Below the pieces are notes generated by a model. That model was not told where the DNA came from. It saw nothing but the letters and a program-made list of their open reading frames with translations, and did no database searches. The translations under genes were made by a program, and so were the position numbers. From Escherichia phage vB_EcoM_ASO2A, in the sequence record MZ726793.1: a stretch of 64,000 nt of DNA. One strand, 5' to 3'. Each line of letters opens with the position of its first letter. Position 1 is the first letter of the stretch. Positions 1 to 10,013 of this stretch are shown here, piece after piece.

Positions 1-169
1 CTCCTTACTATGCAACGAGTGGGGTTCGAAGGATCAAAAACATGATCGAAATCGACACACACAGGTAAGTTAACAACTTTAAACTTTTTGCTAAGAATGC
101 TTACTGCTGTAAAAATCAAACCAGCATTTATTTTGCCAGTGAAAGTTGAACGCATAACTACTCCTCGGA

Positions 170-364
170 TCATTCTACCAAAGAGAATTCCGCCTCTTCC
201 AGGTAGATTACAGACCTTGTTGCATGATATTTAACGCTCCAGAAATTACCTTCGCGCCGTAAAAGTATCTCATTCACATCAAGATTGCTTAGAAAAACCA
301 TATAACTTAAAGCTTGTTGACGCGTTGAGAATTGTTTCTCTAAAAGTTCTTCTCCGCTCTGCAT
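170..364 (-). CDS. hypothetical protein (64 aa)
   Basis: ORF in leftward early block; no recognisable motif. Confidence 0.3.
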   Translation of the reverse strand: MQSGEELLEKQFSTRQQALSYMVFLSNLDVNEILLRREGNFWSVKYHATRSVIYLEEAEFSLVE

Positions 365-409
365 AATCCCTCCTTAAAATACTCCCTCCGAAAAGGGAGT
401 ATAAGTATA

Positions 410-613
410 TCACGTAGTTGTTATGTTGTCTTCTTGGATTCTAGAATCCACTTCTGCAAACATATCTTCTGCACTGTAATTATTTCCAGTCCAGCGTGAT
501 AAAAGGATAGCACCAATCTCTTTTGCATGAGATTCGGACTCCGCATAAACGTTAGTCCCAGTGTCACCTTTTTTCTTTTCATGTGCATAAATGCAGTAAT
601 AATTGTAAGCCAT
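410..613 (-). CDS. hypothetical protein (67 aa)
   Basis: ORF in leftward block; no motif recognised. Confidence 0.3.
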   Translation of the reverse strand: MAYNYYCIYAHEKKKGDTGTNVYAESESHAKEIGAILLSRWTGNNYSAEDMFAEVDSRIQEDNITTT

Positions 614-849
614 TAGTCTTCCCAGTCATTGCCCTCGGTAGAGTGAACCAAAGCTCGCACGATACCGCCGTAATCTACTGCCTGATTTGCAGCATGTTCG
701 GCATAAACTTCAATGGCTTTTTTGAAGAAAAGAGCAGTAGCTGCTTCAATATTATCCATTTCGCCATCTACGTCAGTAGAAAGTGAAAGGTTGAGGCTTT
801 CATCTACTTCATCAAAATCAATAGCCACTGTCATAATTAGTTTACCCAT
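613..849 (-). CDS. hypothetical acidic protein (78 aa)
   Basis: ORF, abuts next gene; no motif recognised. Confidence 0.35.
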   Translation of the reverse strand: MGKLIMTVAIDFDEVDESLNLSLSTDVDGEMDNIEAATALFFKKAIEVYAEHAANQAVDYGGIVRALVHSTEGNDWED

Positions 850-861
850 AGTTCACACTCC

Positions 862-1371
862 TTAAACAAAATAAAATGGTTGAGAGAGGCCCAAACGATT
901 CTTTGGGTCGTATACATACCAAGCGTATGCTGTCTTATCTGTTCCACCTGCAACAAACGAAGGCCGTTCTGAAAGGACTATAAGGTTTGTTGGTGGATTC
1001 TTTTGATGGAACTCTCGTCGTTTCTTTGACTCCAAGAAGCCCAACCGAAGAAGATAAATACAAACATCCGCCTCTTTTAAGCTCTTTTCCAAGAACTCCA
1101 TTGCTAACTTAAATGGAGGATTTGTGATTATAATATCGGGACGATTTTCCCATTTATGACTAAAATAATCTTTACCTTCTTCAAGTTCGCAATATTCTGA
1201 ACCTTCAGGAAAATGGCGATAAATCGCTTCAGCTTCACCTCTACAAGGTTCTGCAAAAACCCAACCTTCTTCCTTTAGATTTTTGAAATCTATAACACTA
1301 AACAAACTATTGATTGCTTTTTGCGGTGTCGGATAATAATCGCTCGTTGGGCGATCATAATCTAATGCCAT
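862..1371 (-). CDS. N6-adenine DNA methyltransferase (orphan, no cognate nuclease seen)
   Basis: Catalytic motif IV IIITNPPF (N/D-PP-F/Y) in a 169-aa protein; fits phage Dam-like methyltransferases. Confidence 0.55.
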   Translation of the reverse strand: MALDYDRPTSDYYPTPQKAINSLFSVIDFKNLKEEGWVFAEPCRGEAEAIYRHFPEGSEYCELEEGKDYFSHKWENRPDIIITNPPFKLAMEFLEKSLKEADVCIYLLRLGFLESKKRREFHQKNPPTNLIVLSERPSFVAGGTDKTAYAWYVYDPKNRLGLSQPFYFV

Positions 1372-1789
1372 CTAAAATCTCCTCTTTTGTAATATTATCC
1401 AACTCTTTAAAGGATGAAATCTCGTTTAATAATCCTATTTGATCAGCCTCTAGAGGATAAGTGTTTTTATCTGTTTTTCTAGACAGAATATCTTCAACAA
1501 ACTTATCAATAGCCAAAGAAGAATCATAAAATTTTAAAAGTTGGTAATCCATAGGAGATATTTTGTCATCTCTTAGAAATATTTCTAACATGTTTTCAGT
1601 AGTATCGTGGTTTAGTGTATGTTCACCAAAAATATTAACTTCGTAAACATCTTTGCCAAACCAACGTTTCTTCTTTTCAACAGTATAGGTTTTTGCCACC
1701 AGACCATCTAAACAGTTTCTTGCCCTCTTACATGTTTGACGGTAAGAGTGGATAGCGCCTTCAACAAACTTAGCAGGAACTTGTAACAT
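1355..1789 (-). CDS. hypothetical protein (144 aa)
   Basis: ORF overlapping methyltransferase start by 17 nt; no motif. Confidence 0.4.
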   Translation of the reverse strand: MLQVPAKFVEGAIHSYRQTCKRARNCLDGLVAKTYTVEKKKRWFGKDVYEVNIFGEHTLNHDTTENMLEIFLRDDKISPMDYQLLKFYDSSLAIDKFVEDILSRKTDKNTYPLEADQIGLLNEISSFKELDNITKEEILDGIRL

Positions 1790-1804
1790 TATTAATCTCC
1801 TATG

Positions 1805-1830
1805 TTTAAGAAATGCCCCCGAAGGGGCAG
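1805..1830 (-). terminator. possible terminator hairpin (minus strand)
   Basis: GCCCC-TTCG-GGGGC hairpin followed by a U-rich stretch. Confidence 0.4.
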
Positions 1831-1834
1831 TTTG

Positions 1835-2527
1835 TTAAATAGCGGTTCCTTCGAAATCCGCCACATTTACGAGATTAATATTTTCAGATTTAGAAGTCAA
1901 GTTGTTTTCTGCAACAGATTTTTCTTCAGTATCCGCCTCGTTACCTGCCACGTTACGAGGTTCTTCTTCACCGTAGGGATTACCGAATTTCAAAAGATTG
2001 ATCAATTCTTCTTTGGAGAAGTTTTCTAAATCATCGTCTGTTAATTCAATAATCTCGTCTTGTTCTTCAATAAATGTTTCACCACCAGAAAAAGCATCTC
2101 GCTTTTTAGCTACTTCCATAGCTTGTTCTGGTGTTGCCCCTGCGTCAAGAGCAGCTAAAGCAAAGTCTGACCCACTTCCTACTGCATAATATTCTTCATC
2201 AATCGGATATGCACGTGTTGGGTTGTTACCTTCGTGCAAGAAAATACGTCCGTCTGGATGAACAACAAGTGCAATAAACTCTTCATCTTCTTTATCTGGA
2301 TCAGAGTGAATCATCAAACCAGGGACAGCATCACGTGCTGCTTCGCACTGTAGATTTTGTTCAAACCATTGAAAGAAAGAAAGCACGGAGGTCAGACGAC
2401 CAGCACCACCTACAAGGTAATCTCCAATTTTTCGGACCTTTTTGAAATTAATAGAATCTACACGTCCACCAAAAGTTACCTTACCGTCACTCAAAATCTT
2501 ATTTTTGGTTGCAATAATTGTCGTCAC
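1835..2527 (-). CDS. HslV/proteasome-beta-like Ntn-hydrolase peptidase
   Basis: N-terminus MTTIIATKN (Thr directly after Met, as in HslV TTIVSV); GSGSDFALAALDAG resembles HslV GSGGPYAQAAARA; acidic C-terminal tail. Confidence 0.55.
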   Translation of the reverse strand: MTTIIATKNKILSDGKVTFGGRVDSINFKKVRKIGDYLVGGAGRLTSVLSFFQWFEQNLQCEAARDAVPGLMIHSDPDKEDEEFIALVVHPDGRIFLHEGNNPTRAYPIDEEYYAVGSGSDFALAALDAGATPEQAMEVAKKRDAFSGGETFIEEQDEIIELTDDDLENFSKEELINLLKFGNPYGEEEPRNVAGNEADTEEKSVAENNLTSKSENINLVNVADFEGTAI

Positions 2528-3030
2528 TATTCTTCCTCCTCTGTTAATGTTTTAAGAACCGCTTTCCCGCCATTCACATATTTGCAGATGTATTCTATCG
2601 CACGTAGTGTCTCTTTGTCAACAAAAATTTGATCAGACGTTGCGAGCGGGTTATTAAGAAGATCACTGCAATCACGAACAAGCAGTGCTTTCTTATTAAA
2701 CAAATTACTTAAGAACAGTAACTTCGCCTCTTCTTCTGTTATGTGCAGAAGGCTAGGATCGGAGCCAGCTATTCCTATTATACAATCAAACAAGCTTTCT
2801 TTACTATCAGAAAGTTCTTGAAAATGGTTTAAAAGCCAATCTTCTCCTAGACACCAACATTTAAACATTTCCAGTTTATCTCGGAGGGTCATATTCTCTA
2901 AAGTAAGAGCAATCTCTTTTTCAATATGGTTTACACAAATTTGACGAAATTCGTTAGGTTTTACGAGTCCCGTTTGATAGCACTCATCTATACCGCTTCT
3001 TCCGATAGCTATTGTTGCTACACCCATCAA
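2527..3030 (-). CDS. hypothetical protein (167 aa), translationally coupled to HslV-like gene
   Basis: Stop overlaps downstream start (ATGA); no motif recognised. Confidence 0.4.
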   Translation of the reverse strand: MMGVATIAIGRSGIDECYQTGLVKPNEFRQICVNHIEKEIALTLENMTLRDKLEMFKCWCLGEDWLLNHFQELSDSKESLFDCIIGIAGSDPSLLHITEEEAKLLFLSNLFNKKALLVRDCSDLLNNPLATSDQIFVDKETLRAIEYICKYVNGGKAVLKTLTEEEE

Positions 3031-3062
3031 TCCTCCTTATAAATGGCTTCCCTGCCATGTCA

Positions 3063-3872
3063 TTAAATAAACACTTCAGTAATCAGTTTAGACAAACGTC
3101 CACGTTTATTATCGTCCGTTGTCAGTTCAACGTATCCAATAAAATCTACAATTGGCTCACGAACACCTTCTTCATTTTCTGGATATAAAAGTTCCAAAAT
3201 TTGATGCAGACCATTGCTACGTTTTTTAATTGCATATGTCTGGCGAACATCGCCTAATACAATAACATGCGTATTAATACCTGCACGTTCAATAAGAAGT
3301 TTAAGTGTTTCTGTTGACATAAGTTGTGCTTCGTCAATAATGACGATTGTATTATCCAGGGTGGCCCCCAACAAATAGTTAGGAATATTCAATTCGATCT
3401 TACCTGATCCAATATCGTTTTCCAATTTGTTGGCTGTCATGAATTGCTGGAAAATACGTTTTGTAGATTCATAGTGTGCTGCTAGTTTATCTGTTTTATC
3501 TCCAGACAAGAAACCAATCTGGTCATCTCCGACTTCAGTAGGGTTCTTGATAAAAAGTAGTTTACGGAAGTCTCCTGAACGAAGCATCTGCAAAGCTTTC
3601 CATAAAGCAACAGAGGTTTTACCAGTCCCTGCCGGAGCATTTACAACAGTCAGATCATTCCAAATCATGCTTTGAACAATCTTATTTTGGTCCCCTTCAG
3701 GCATAAATTCATCTAAACGGTAATCGTCATTACCTACCGCTTTTGCTGCATAACGGCTTTCAATCTTTGCTGAATTAGCCAGTTTCTGCCGTTGTGTTTT
3801 AGCTGCGGTTTTATTTCCCATAGTAGCACTCCTTTTAGAAGGGGCCGAAGCCCCTTTATTAGTTGTAAGCAT
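3063..3872 (-). CDS. phoH: PhoH-like ATPase
   Basis: Walker A VNAPAGTGKTSVAL and overall PhoH-like sequence (LENDIGSGKIELNIPNYLLGATLDNTIVIIDEAQ). Confidence 0.8.
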   Translation of the reverse strand: MLTTNKGASAPSKRSATMGNKTAAKTQRQKLANSAKIESRYAAKAVGNDDYRLDEFMPEGDQNKIVQSMIWNDLTVVNAPAGTGKTSVALWKALQMLRSGDFRKLLFIKNPTEVGDDQIGFLSGDKTDKLAAHYESTKRIFQQFMTANKLENDIGSGKIELNIPNYLLGATLDNTIVIIDEAQLMSTETLKLLIERAGINTHVIVLGDVRQTYAIKKRSNGLHQILELLYPENEEGVREPIVDFIGYVELTTDDNKRGRLSKLITEVFI

Positions 3873-4359
3873 CTAAAGTTCCAGAAGTCAGAACTTTAAT
3901 TACTCGTTCAGCACGGTTTGGCGTCTGGCTATACCATCGGCTTTTACGCATGTTTTTACCTGCTTGAGTATAATATGCATTGCTGATTAAAGTCAAGCTA
4001 TTTTGAAACCCTTCAGCACCTTTTAACCCCAACTGGAAAACCATGTTGATTATTCCCAATTTACGAGTATCACTAACCTTATCATAGATTGGTGATAAGA
4101 TAGCACTGTTTTTTATGTCTCTCTTCACTTTTGCAACATCGTCAGCAAAGATTTGACGGGCTTCTTTTTCTGTGATAACTCCATTAGTCTTACGACCAAG
4201 AAGATTATCTAAGATTTGAATAGCCTTTGCTTTATCTTTTATTTTAGTCAGAAGGTGTCCTATGCCGACTGTCCAATAACCAAGATGGTCTTGATAAACA
4301 GTAAGCTTCAGTCCTTCATCGACTCGTAGCATATCAAACTCATCTACTACTTTAGCCAT
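3859..4359 (-). CDS. T4-type lysozyme (endolysin)
   Basis: Aligns along its length to T4 lysozyme: MLRVDEGLKLTVYQDHLGYWTVGIGHLL, INMVFQLG, KSRWYSQTPNRAERVI. Confidence 0.85.
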   Translation of the reverse strand: MAKVVDEFDMLRVDEGLKLTVYQDHLGYWTVGIGHLLTKIKDKAKAIQILDNLLGRKTNGVITEKEARQIFADDVAKVKRDIKNSAILSPIYDKVSDTRKLGIINMVFQLGLKGAEGFQNSLTLISNAYYTQAGKNMRKSRWYSQTPNRAERVIKVLTSGTLDAYN

Positions 4360-4521
4360 TTACTTCCTATTCGTCGTCTCCTACTCCGTGATCCAACTCG
4401 TTAAACAACAGATGTTCTGGAGAAGTTTCACGTTTTGGTTTCGTTTTCTTTATGTTGGACTTCAGCTCATTTGCCAAAGCACGAGAAAAGATCTTACGTT
4501 TCTGTTTACTTTTCATAATTG

Positions 4522-4782
4522 TTACTCCGCAATTTGAGCCATGAGATCACGCAGTTCGGTAAAACCGCCTACGTATGTTACCTCCCCGTTCACTTCGGAC
4601 AGAATTTGTGGAAATGTGCGTGGAGGAACTCCGGTAAGATCAACAACTGTTTTAGTCATTGATTCTAAATCATAGTCTTGATCAAGACTTAAATATTCAA
4701 ACTGTTTATTGCGCATGGTTAATAGTTGTTTTGACATTTCACAAAATTGACAGTTAGGTTTACCAAAAATTACAAATTCCAT
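4522..4782 (-). CDS. glutaredoxin/NrdH-like thiol-disulfide oxidoreductase
   Basis: CQFC active-site motif near N-terminus of an 86-aa protein. Confidence 0.6.
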   Translation of the reverse strand: MEFVIFGKPNCQFCEMSKQLLTMRNKQFEYLSLDQDYDLESMTKTVVDLTGVPPRTFPQILSEVNGEVTYVGGFTELRDLMAQIAE

Positions 4783-5624
4783 TACCTCTCCTTATTAAGT
4801 AATACTGCTAAAGACTGTTCAATACCTTTATTTAAATCTGATTTTGTAAGATAGTGACTGGTTACTAGTTGTGACTTCACCGGACGTGCTGCTGGAGCAT
4901 TATAGGTTGAAGCTGATACCGCCGATATCTTAACAGGTTCTGGCATCTGTGTCAAGATCTTTTCCGCAAACTCCGCCCAAGAAATAAGATGGCTTCCTGC
5001 AAAATGGTAAGTCTTAACAGACCTTGACCAACCTGTTTTTAATACTTCAAAAATAGCTTCTGCTAAATCTGGAGCATATGTTGGACAAGAGAACTGATCA
5101 GCAACAATAATAAAATCACGTTGTCCATCATTATAGCGAGACAACATGGTTTTTAGAAAGTTATTTCCAAATTCGCTATATACCGAGGCTGTTCGAATAA
5201 TATATGCATTTGGGTTAACTCCTCGCACCATTTTTTCACCAAGTTCTTTCGTATACCCATAATTGTTTATTGGGTTAGGTGTAGTATCTTCAAAAATAGG
5301 ATGAGAATAATTAAAAATATAGTCTGTAGAAATATGCACAAAATCAATTTTAAGTTTGCTGCACACTGCCGCAATATTTGCAGGTCCATACGCATTAACA
5401 GCCAAAGCAGTAGCAAAATCATGTTCTGCTTTATCTACAGCCGTATAAGCGGCGCAATTAATAACACCATCTACATAATCTTCAATAATAGCGTTTCGCA
5501 CAGCTTCAAAATTTGTAATATCTACACGTTCTTTAGGATAAATTAAAGATACATTTGAAGGAGCCACTTTACGTAAAGCTTGTCCCAGTTGTCCATTACC
5601 GCCCAATACCAGATATGTTAGCAT
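4782..5624 (-). CDS. rmlD: dTDP-4-dehydrorhamnose reductase
   Basis: N-terminal Rossmann motif LVLGGNGQLGQAL, ~280 aa, last gene of rml operon. Confidence 0.8.
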   Translation of the reverse strand: MLTYLVLGGNGQLGQALRKVAPSNVSLIYPKERVDITNFEAVRNAIIEDYVDGVINCAAYTAVDKAEHDFATALAVNAYGPANIAAVCSKLKIDFVHISTDYIFNYSHPIFEDTTPNPINNYGYTKELGEKMVRGVNPNAYIIRTASVYSEFGNNFLKTMLSRYNDGQRDFIIVADQFSCPTYAPDLAEAIFEVLKTGWSRSVKTYHFAGSHLISWAEFAEKILTQMPEPVKISAVSASTYNAPAARPVKSQLVTSHYLTKSDLNKGIEQSLAVLLNKER

Positions 5625-6184
5625 ACACCCTCGCTACGTAACTGTTGAAAAGATTTAGCCATTGCATCTTTTGTTGATAGAATAGGTTTAAAACCTTCGT
5701 CAAAAATCATATCGAAGCCCCAATCGATCCCTATATCAGGATCATCCCAACGTAAACTTTGTTCACTAGAAGGGTCGTATGGAGTTGTGCATTTGTATTC
5801 AAAGATAGCATCCATACTCAAAACTATAAAACCATGAGCCAAACCAGGCGGAAGCCAAAACTGCGTATGGTGTCGTGCACGAAGAACAACACCGTCCCAA
5901 GCACCGTAAGTTGGACTATCTTTACGTAAATCTACAGCGAAATCCAATACTTCCCCACTTACACAACGAACTAGCTTACCTTGCGGGTTATTTGTTTGAA
6001 AGTGCATTCCTCGCAAAACACCGAAGTTTGATTTAGACATGTTATCTTGAACGAAAGTTTGTCTACCAATAATATCTTCGTATTTTTGTTCATTATATGT
6101 TTCTAGAAAGAAACCACGATCATCTTTATAAACGTCTGGTTTGATAATTACCGCACCTTCAATTTTTGTTTTTTCTACTTTCAT
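5618..6184 (-). CDS. rmlC: dTDP-4-dehydrorhamnose 3,5-epimerase
   Basis: Cupin-type RmlC sequence ([19 protein letters not shown]); start trimmed to Met41 of the listed ORF so that rmlA stop and rmlC start overlap as ATGA. Confidence 0.8.
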   Translation of the reverse strand: MKVEKTKIEGAVIIKPDVYKDDRGFFLETYNEQKYEDIIGRQTFVQDNMSKSNFGVLRGMHFQTNNPQGKLVRCVSGEVLDFAVDLRKDSPTYGAWDGVVLRARHHTQFWLPPGLAHGFIVLSMDAIFEYKCTTPYDPSSEQSLRWDDPDIGIDWGFDMIFDEGFKPILSTKDAMAKSFQQLRSEGVC

Positions 6185-7059
6185 TTTCTCTCCGCTAATT
6201 TGAGTAGGTATTGCCCGTACTCTGTTTTCTTCAGTGAGTTTCCATGATACACCAAAGTCTCTAAAGAAATCCACCCTTTTTTGAAAGCAATTTCTTCCAG
6301 GCACGCAATCTTCAATCCTTGACAGTTCTCAATAGTCTGCACGAATTGACCAGCTTCCATCAGACTGGCGTGTGTTCCTGTGTCAAGCCAAGTAAATCCT
6401 CGTCCGAGAACTTCCACTTGTAACTTCCTGTCTTCTAGGTAGCTGCGATTGATATCAGTGATCTCCAGTTCTCCACGCGCGGAAGGGGTTACTTCTAATG
6501 CACGTTGAATAACAGAGTTATCATAGAAATACAAACCTGTGACAGCATAATCTGATTTAGGATTTTCAGGTTTCTCTTCAATAGAAATAGCTTGACGATT
6601 ACTCCCAAATTCAACCACACCGAATCGTTCAGGATCTTTCACCAAATACCCGAAAATACAAGCTCCGCCCCAAACATCTACCATCTCACTGGCGTTAATC
6701 AGTAGTTTACCAAAGCTTTGTCCGAAGAATAGGTTGTCACCTAAAATAAGAGCAACAGAGTCTTCTCCGATAAAATCTTTACCTATGATGAAAGCTTCCG
6801 CAAGACCTCGTGGCTCGGATTGGATTGCGTAAGTGAGTTTTATCCCAAACATAGACCCATCTCCGAGAAGATACTCAAAGTCTTCCTGATCACCTGGTGT
6901 GGTGATGATTAAAATATCCTTAATGTCAGCCAACATCAATACCGATAAAGGGTAGTAGATCATGGGTTTGTCATACACAGGGAGCAATTGCTTGCTCACA
7001 CTGCGTGTTACCGGATGAAGGCGGGTTCCGCTTCCTCCCGCCAAAATAATACCTTTCAT
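6181..7059 (-). CDS. rmlA: glucose-1-phosphate thymidylyltransferase
   Basis: [39 protein letters not shown] closely matches bacterial RmlA. Confidence 0.9.
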   Translation of the reverse strand: MKGIILAGGSGTRLHPVTRSVSKQLLPVYDKPMIYYPLSVLMLADIKDILIITTPGDQEDFEYLLGDGSMFGIKLTYAIQSEPRGLAEAFIIGKDFIGEDSVALILGDNLFFGQSFGKLLINASEMVDVWGGACIFGYLVKDPERFGVVEFGSNRQAISIEEKPENPKSDYAVTGLYFYDNSVIQRALEVTPSARGELEITDINRSYLEDRKLQVEVLGRGFTWLDTGTHASLMEAGQFVQTIENCQGLKIACLEEIAFKKGWISLETLVYHGNSLKKTEYGQYLLKLAERK

Positions 7060-7067
7060 AACCCTCC

Positions 7068-8060
7068 TTAAATTTTCTCACTCCACCATTGAGGGTTGTT
7101 TAAGTACCATTCAATCGTTGAGTAGAGATCTTGTTCAAATGTAGAGTTTGCACTCCAGCCCAGTTCAGACTCTATCTTAGAAGGATTGATTTCATAACGC
7201 AAGTCATGTCCTTTACGATCTTCAACAAAAGTTATCAAGTTGGAAGAAGGGTAGGTTACTGCTTCTGGATGTACAGTATCCATATAGTCACAAACCATAT
7301 AGATGATCTCCATATTGGTTTTGGGATTACGTGTTCCAACATTATACGTTTGACCTGGTTCTCCACCTGTTGCCACTTGAAGAATAGCTCGCGCATGATC
7401 CTCAACAAAAAGCCAGTCTCGCACCTGGTCGCCTTTACCATACACCGGAATCTCTTTATTCGTCAAGATACTTGTGATGATTTTTGGGATCAGCTTTTCT
7501 GGATGTTGATAAGGCCCAAAGTTATTGGAGCAGTTGGTTATCACAACAGGCAAATCGTAGGTGCGGTGCCAAGCTTTCACAAGATGGTCAGATGCCGCCT
7601 TAGACGCACTGTATGGGCTTGAAGGGGCATAAGCTGTCTCTTCGGTAAAAGGAACGCCAGAGTCTGCCATATCGCCGTACACTTCGTCTGTGGAGACGTG
7701 TACGAACATCTTCAGTTTATTTTTTGGGAGGAGCCTTGCAGCTTCCAATAAATTGTATGTACCAATAATATTGGAGTCAATGAAAACTCGTGGATTCTTG
7801 ATAGAATTATCCACATGACTCTCTGCCGCTAAGTGAATGATGAAATCGGGATTGCACTCTACTACTAAACTTTTGACCTGGGTTTCGTTTGCCAAATCTG
7901 TCATGCTTAGTTTAATGTGAGTGATATCGCCTACATTCTCAATATCTGCTGCATAGCCCATCTTATCAACGACAAAAACTTCGTTATTAGGATCTTGACA
8001 AAGAGAGCGCACCACGGCACTCCCAATAAAACCAAGACCACCTGTTACCAGATAGCGCAT
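7068..8060 (-). CDS. rmlB: dTDP-glucose 4,6-dehydratase
   Basis: N-terminal Rossmann motif [13 protein letters not shown] and catalytic YSASK motif; 330 aa. Confidence 0.9.
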   Translation of the reverse strand: MRYLVTGGLGFIGSAVVRSLCQDPNNEVFVVDKMGYAADIENVGDITHIKLSMTDLANETQVKSLVVECNPDFIIHLAAESHVDNSIKNPRVFIDSNIIGTYNLLEAARLLPKNKLKMFVHVSTDEVYGDMADSGVPFTEETAYAPSSPYSASKAASDHLVKAWHRTYDLPVVITNCSNNFGPYQHPEKLIPKIITSILTNKEIPVYGKGDQVRDWLFVEDHARAILQVATGGEPGQTYNVGTRNPKTNMEIIYMVCDYMDTVHPEAVTYPSSNLITFVEDRKGHDLRYEINPSKIESELGWSANSTFEQDLYSTIEWYLNNPQWWSEKI

Positions 8061-8069
8061 CAGTTCTCC

Positions 8070-8396
8070 TTACCAGACATGTTGAGAAATAATAGTTTCC
8101 GTTTTAATGTTATATTTTTCAAGTAGTTTTGCATAGGCTTCTTTTGCATTCTCATTCAATTGCTCAAGATCTACAGCTATGCTTCCCTCTCCGCCTTCTA
8201 AATCAAGGCCATATATGCAATAAGACTCATCCGCATCGTAGAAAGGAGAGATGCGGCTTAAGTCCAGACCTTCTTGTAAGAACCAGTTAAAATCTCCATC
8301 AAATTCTTCTTCAATTCTAGGATCTTCTCCTACAGCCTCTTCCCATTTATTAAAAGGTGCACCCTGTAACATACGCCATGCAATATCAACTCCCAC
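8070..8396 (-). CDS. hypothetical acidic protein (108 aa), GTG start
   Basis: ORF; start overlaps upstream small gene. Confidence 0.35.
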   Translation of the reverse strand: MGVDIAWRMLQGAPFNKWEEAVGEDPRIEEEFDGDFNWFLQEGLDLSRISPFYDADESYCIYGLDLEGGEGSIAVDLEQLNENAKEAYAKLLEKYNIKTETIISQHVW

Positions 8397-8532
8397 TATC
8401 TTCCTCCTCTTCTTTTTCTTCTGTATGAACGAAACCTAAGCCGTTACAATTCCAACAAGGAATAAATTGTTCCATACTAACAATAAAATTCCCAGTGCCG
8501 CCGCAGATAGGACAAATACTTACATCATCCAT
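8386..8532 (-). CDS. small Zn-ribbon protein (48 aa)
   Basis: Manual translation MDDVSICPICGGTGNFIVSMEQFIPCWNCNG with CPxC...CWNC; below the 60-aa cutoff of the ORF track. Confidence 0.3.
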   Translation of the reverse strand: MDDVSICPICGGTGNFIVSMEQFIPCWNCNGLGFVHTEEKEEEEDSGS

Positions 8533-8534
8533 TA

Positions 8535-8741
8535 TTAAAGCTCCTCAATCTTTTCTAACATCTGTTTTAACTCATTCTCTGTTAACAGAATTTCTGTGAT
8601 ACCATCATAAGTTTCTACCATCAGAGTAAAACATTTTTCCCCATCTGAACACACAAAAGCGCCACCTTCATCTTCTGTTAAGTCAGAATTAATATCTACA
8701 TCACCAAAATCAATCATCTTTTTCTCCTTTGATAATTTCAA
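8535..8741 (-). CDS. hypothetical protein (68 aa)
   Basis: ORF in operon context. Confidence 0.3.
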   Translation of the reverse strand: MKLSKEKKMIDFGDVDINSDLTEDEGGAFVCSDGEKCFTLMVETYDGITEILLTENELKQMLEKIEEL

Positions 8742-8928
8742 ACTTGGCTACACCATTAACTATAATGTGACCACAAGACATAACTCCTAGCCAAGGATCG
8801 CCGTTTTTCTTCAGGCGTTTACCGAATACATCACAAAAACCATTCTTCATTTCGGAGGCTTCATAAGAAGCCCCTTTATCAAAAACGTCTTTGAATGTGT
8901 CGATTATACCAACACATCTCAAAATCAT
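8710..8928 (-). CDS. hypothetical protein (72 aa)
   Basis: ORF abutting nrdB stop. Confidence 0.3.
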   Translation of the reverse strand: MILRCVGIIDTFKDVFDKGASYEASEMKNGFCDVFGKRLKKNGDPWLGVMSCGHIIVNGVAKFEIIKGEKDD

Positions 8929-10013
8929 TAGAAGTCAAGCTCCTCATCATCAGAGAGATCTTTGTTAGCTGAATTCAATTTGTAATTAGTTAACTGAATC
9001 TCTTGGGCTGCTGACTGAATCAAATCAGGATTCAACCATTTTTCCATCCAAGCTAAAGGACTATGTTTAGGTGCTTTAAACTTGGCTTTCATTTTCAATC
9101 GACGATAAATAGGAGCAGCATTGAAATAAACCCACTGTTTAGACAATTCGGCGTTAAGACCTACAATAAAACGACCTTCACTAAACAGGTAGTCACACCA
9201 CTGTTCCTCTTGTTCAACAACAGTGTCGAGGATCAAAGTCAACTCTTCAATATTGTCTTCGTAAATTTTACGCCAAATTGGGTCATGCATCAATGCATCA
9301 ATTACAGCATAATCCATCTTAACATGCAAGATTTCATCTAGCATAATTTTCTGGATCAGTTTACAAGCCCCAACAAACAGTTGTTGTTCTGCCATAGCAA
9401 AAGTAGCAGAGAAGGAAGATATAAACTGAATACCTTCTAATCCAATCAGGGCTACCATCCCTTTAAGAATCAGCAGTCGAAGTTCATCGTTAGCTTCAAT
9501 CAATCCTAGAGCATACTTATGACCAGCTTCTTCCAACTGACCCATGATATCAGCAATGATACCCATACGATTGAAAATTTTATCATTAATCATAATCTGA
9601 TTGATGACTTCAATTGGATCTGGAGTACATTGACGGATTATTTCAGAATACGTTAACGCATGGAGAACTTCCATTTCACTCTGCTTCATCATCATAGCAC
9701 AGGCTTCATTGTTACTCAAGAATGGAGAGAACAAAGTGATGATTGATTTTGCAAGAGAATCATTTTCCCATTGGAACGATAAGTTTTTAATCATAACATC
9801 ATAGTTGTTTTTAGAACAAGCTACGAAATCTTTACGTGTCTGATCCAGATTAACTTCGTTTTCATCCCAATCTTGTGCTTTTTGAAGTTTGTAGAGTTTG
9901 TGCATTTCAGGGTAAGTCACGTTGATAGAATCAAAAATCCCCAACTGTTCCCCCATGAAAACTGGATATTTACCTGTTTTGTAAGTCTCGTTATGTAAAT
10001 TAATTGCTGCCAT
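8928..10013 (-). CDS. nrdB: ribonucleotide reductase class Ia beta subunit
   Basis: 361-aa ferritin-like R2-type protein adjacent to nrdA. Confidence 0.85.
   Translation of the reverse strand: MAAINLHNETYKTGKYPVFMGEQLGIFDSINVTYPEMHKLYKLQKAQDWDENEVNLDQTRKDFVACSKNNYDVMIKNLSFQWENDSLAKSIITLFSPFLSNNEACAMMMKQSEMEVLHALTYSEIIRQCTPDPIEVINQIMINDKIFNRMGIIADIMGQLEEAGHKYALGLIEANDELRLLILKGMVALIGLEGIQFISSFSATFAMAEQQLFVGACKLIQKIMLDEILHVKMDYAVIDALMHDPIWRKIYEDNIEELTLILDTVVEQEEQWCDYLFSEGRFIVGLNAELSKQWVYFNAAPIYRRLKMKAKFKAPKHSPLAWMEKWLNPDLIQSAAQEIQLTNYKLNSANKDLSDDEELDF

Noticed and set aside
7131-7622. Plus-strand 163-aa ORF inside rmlB
   Set aside because: Antisense to a strongly supported gene; low-complexity translation; no RBS.
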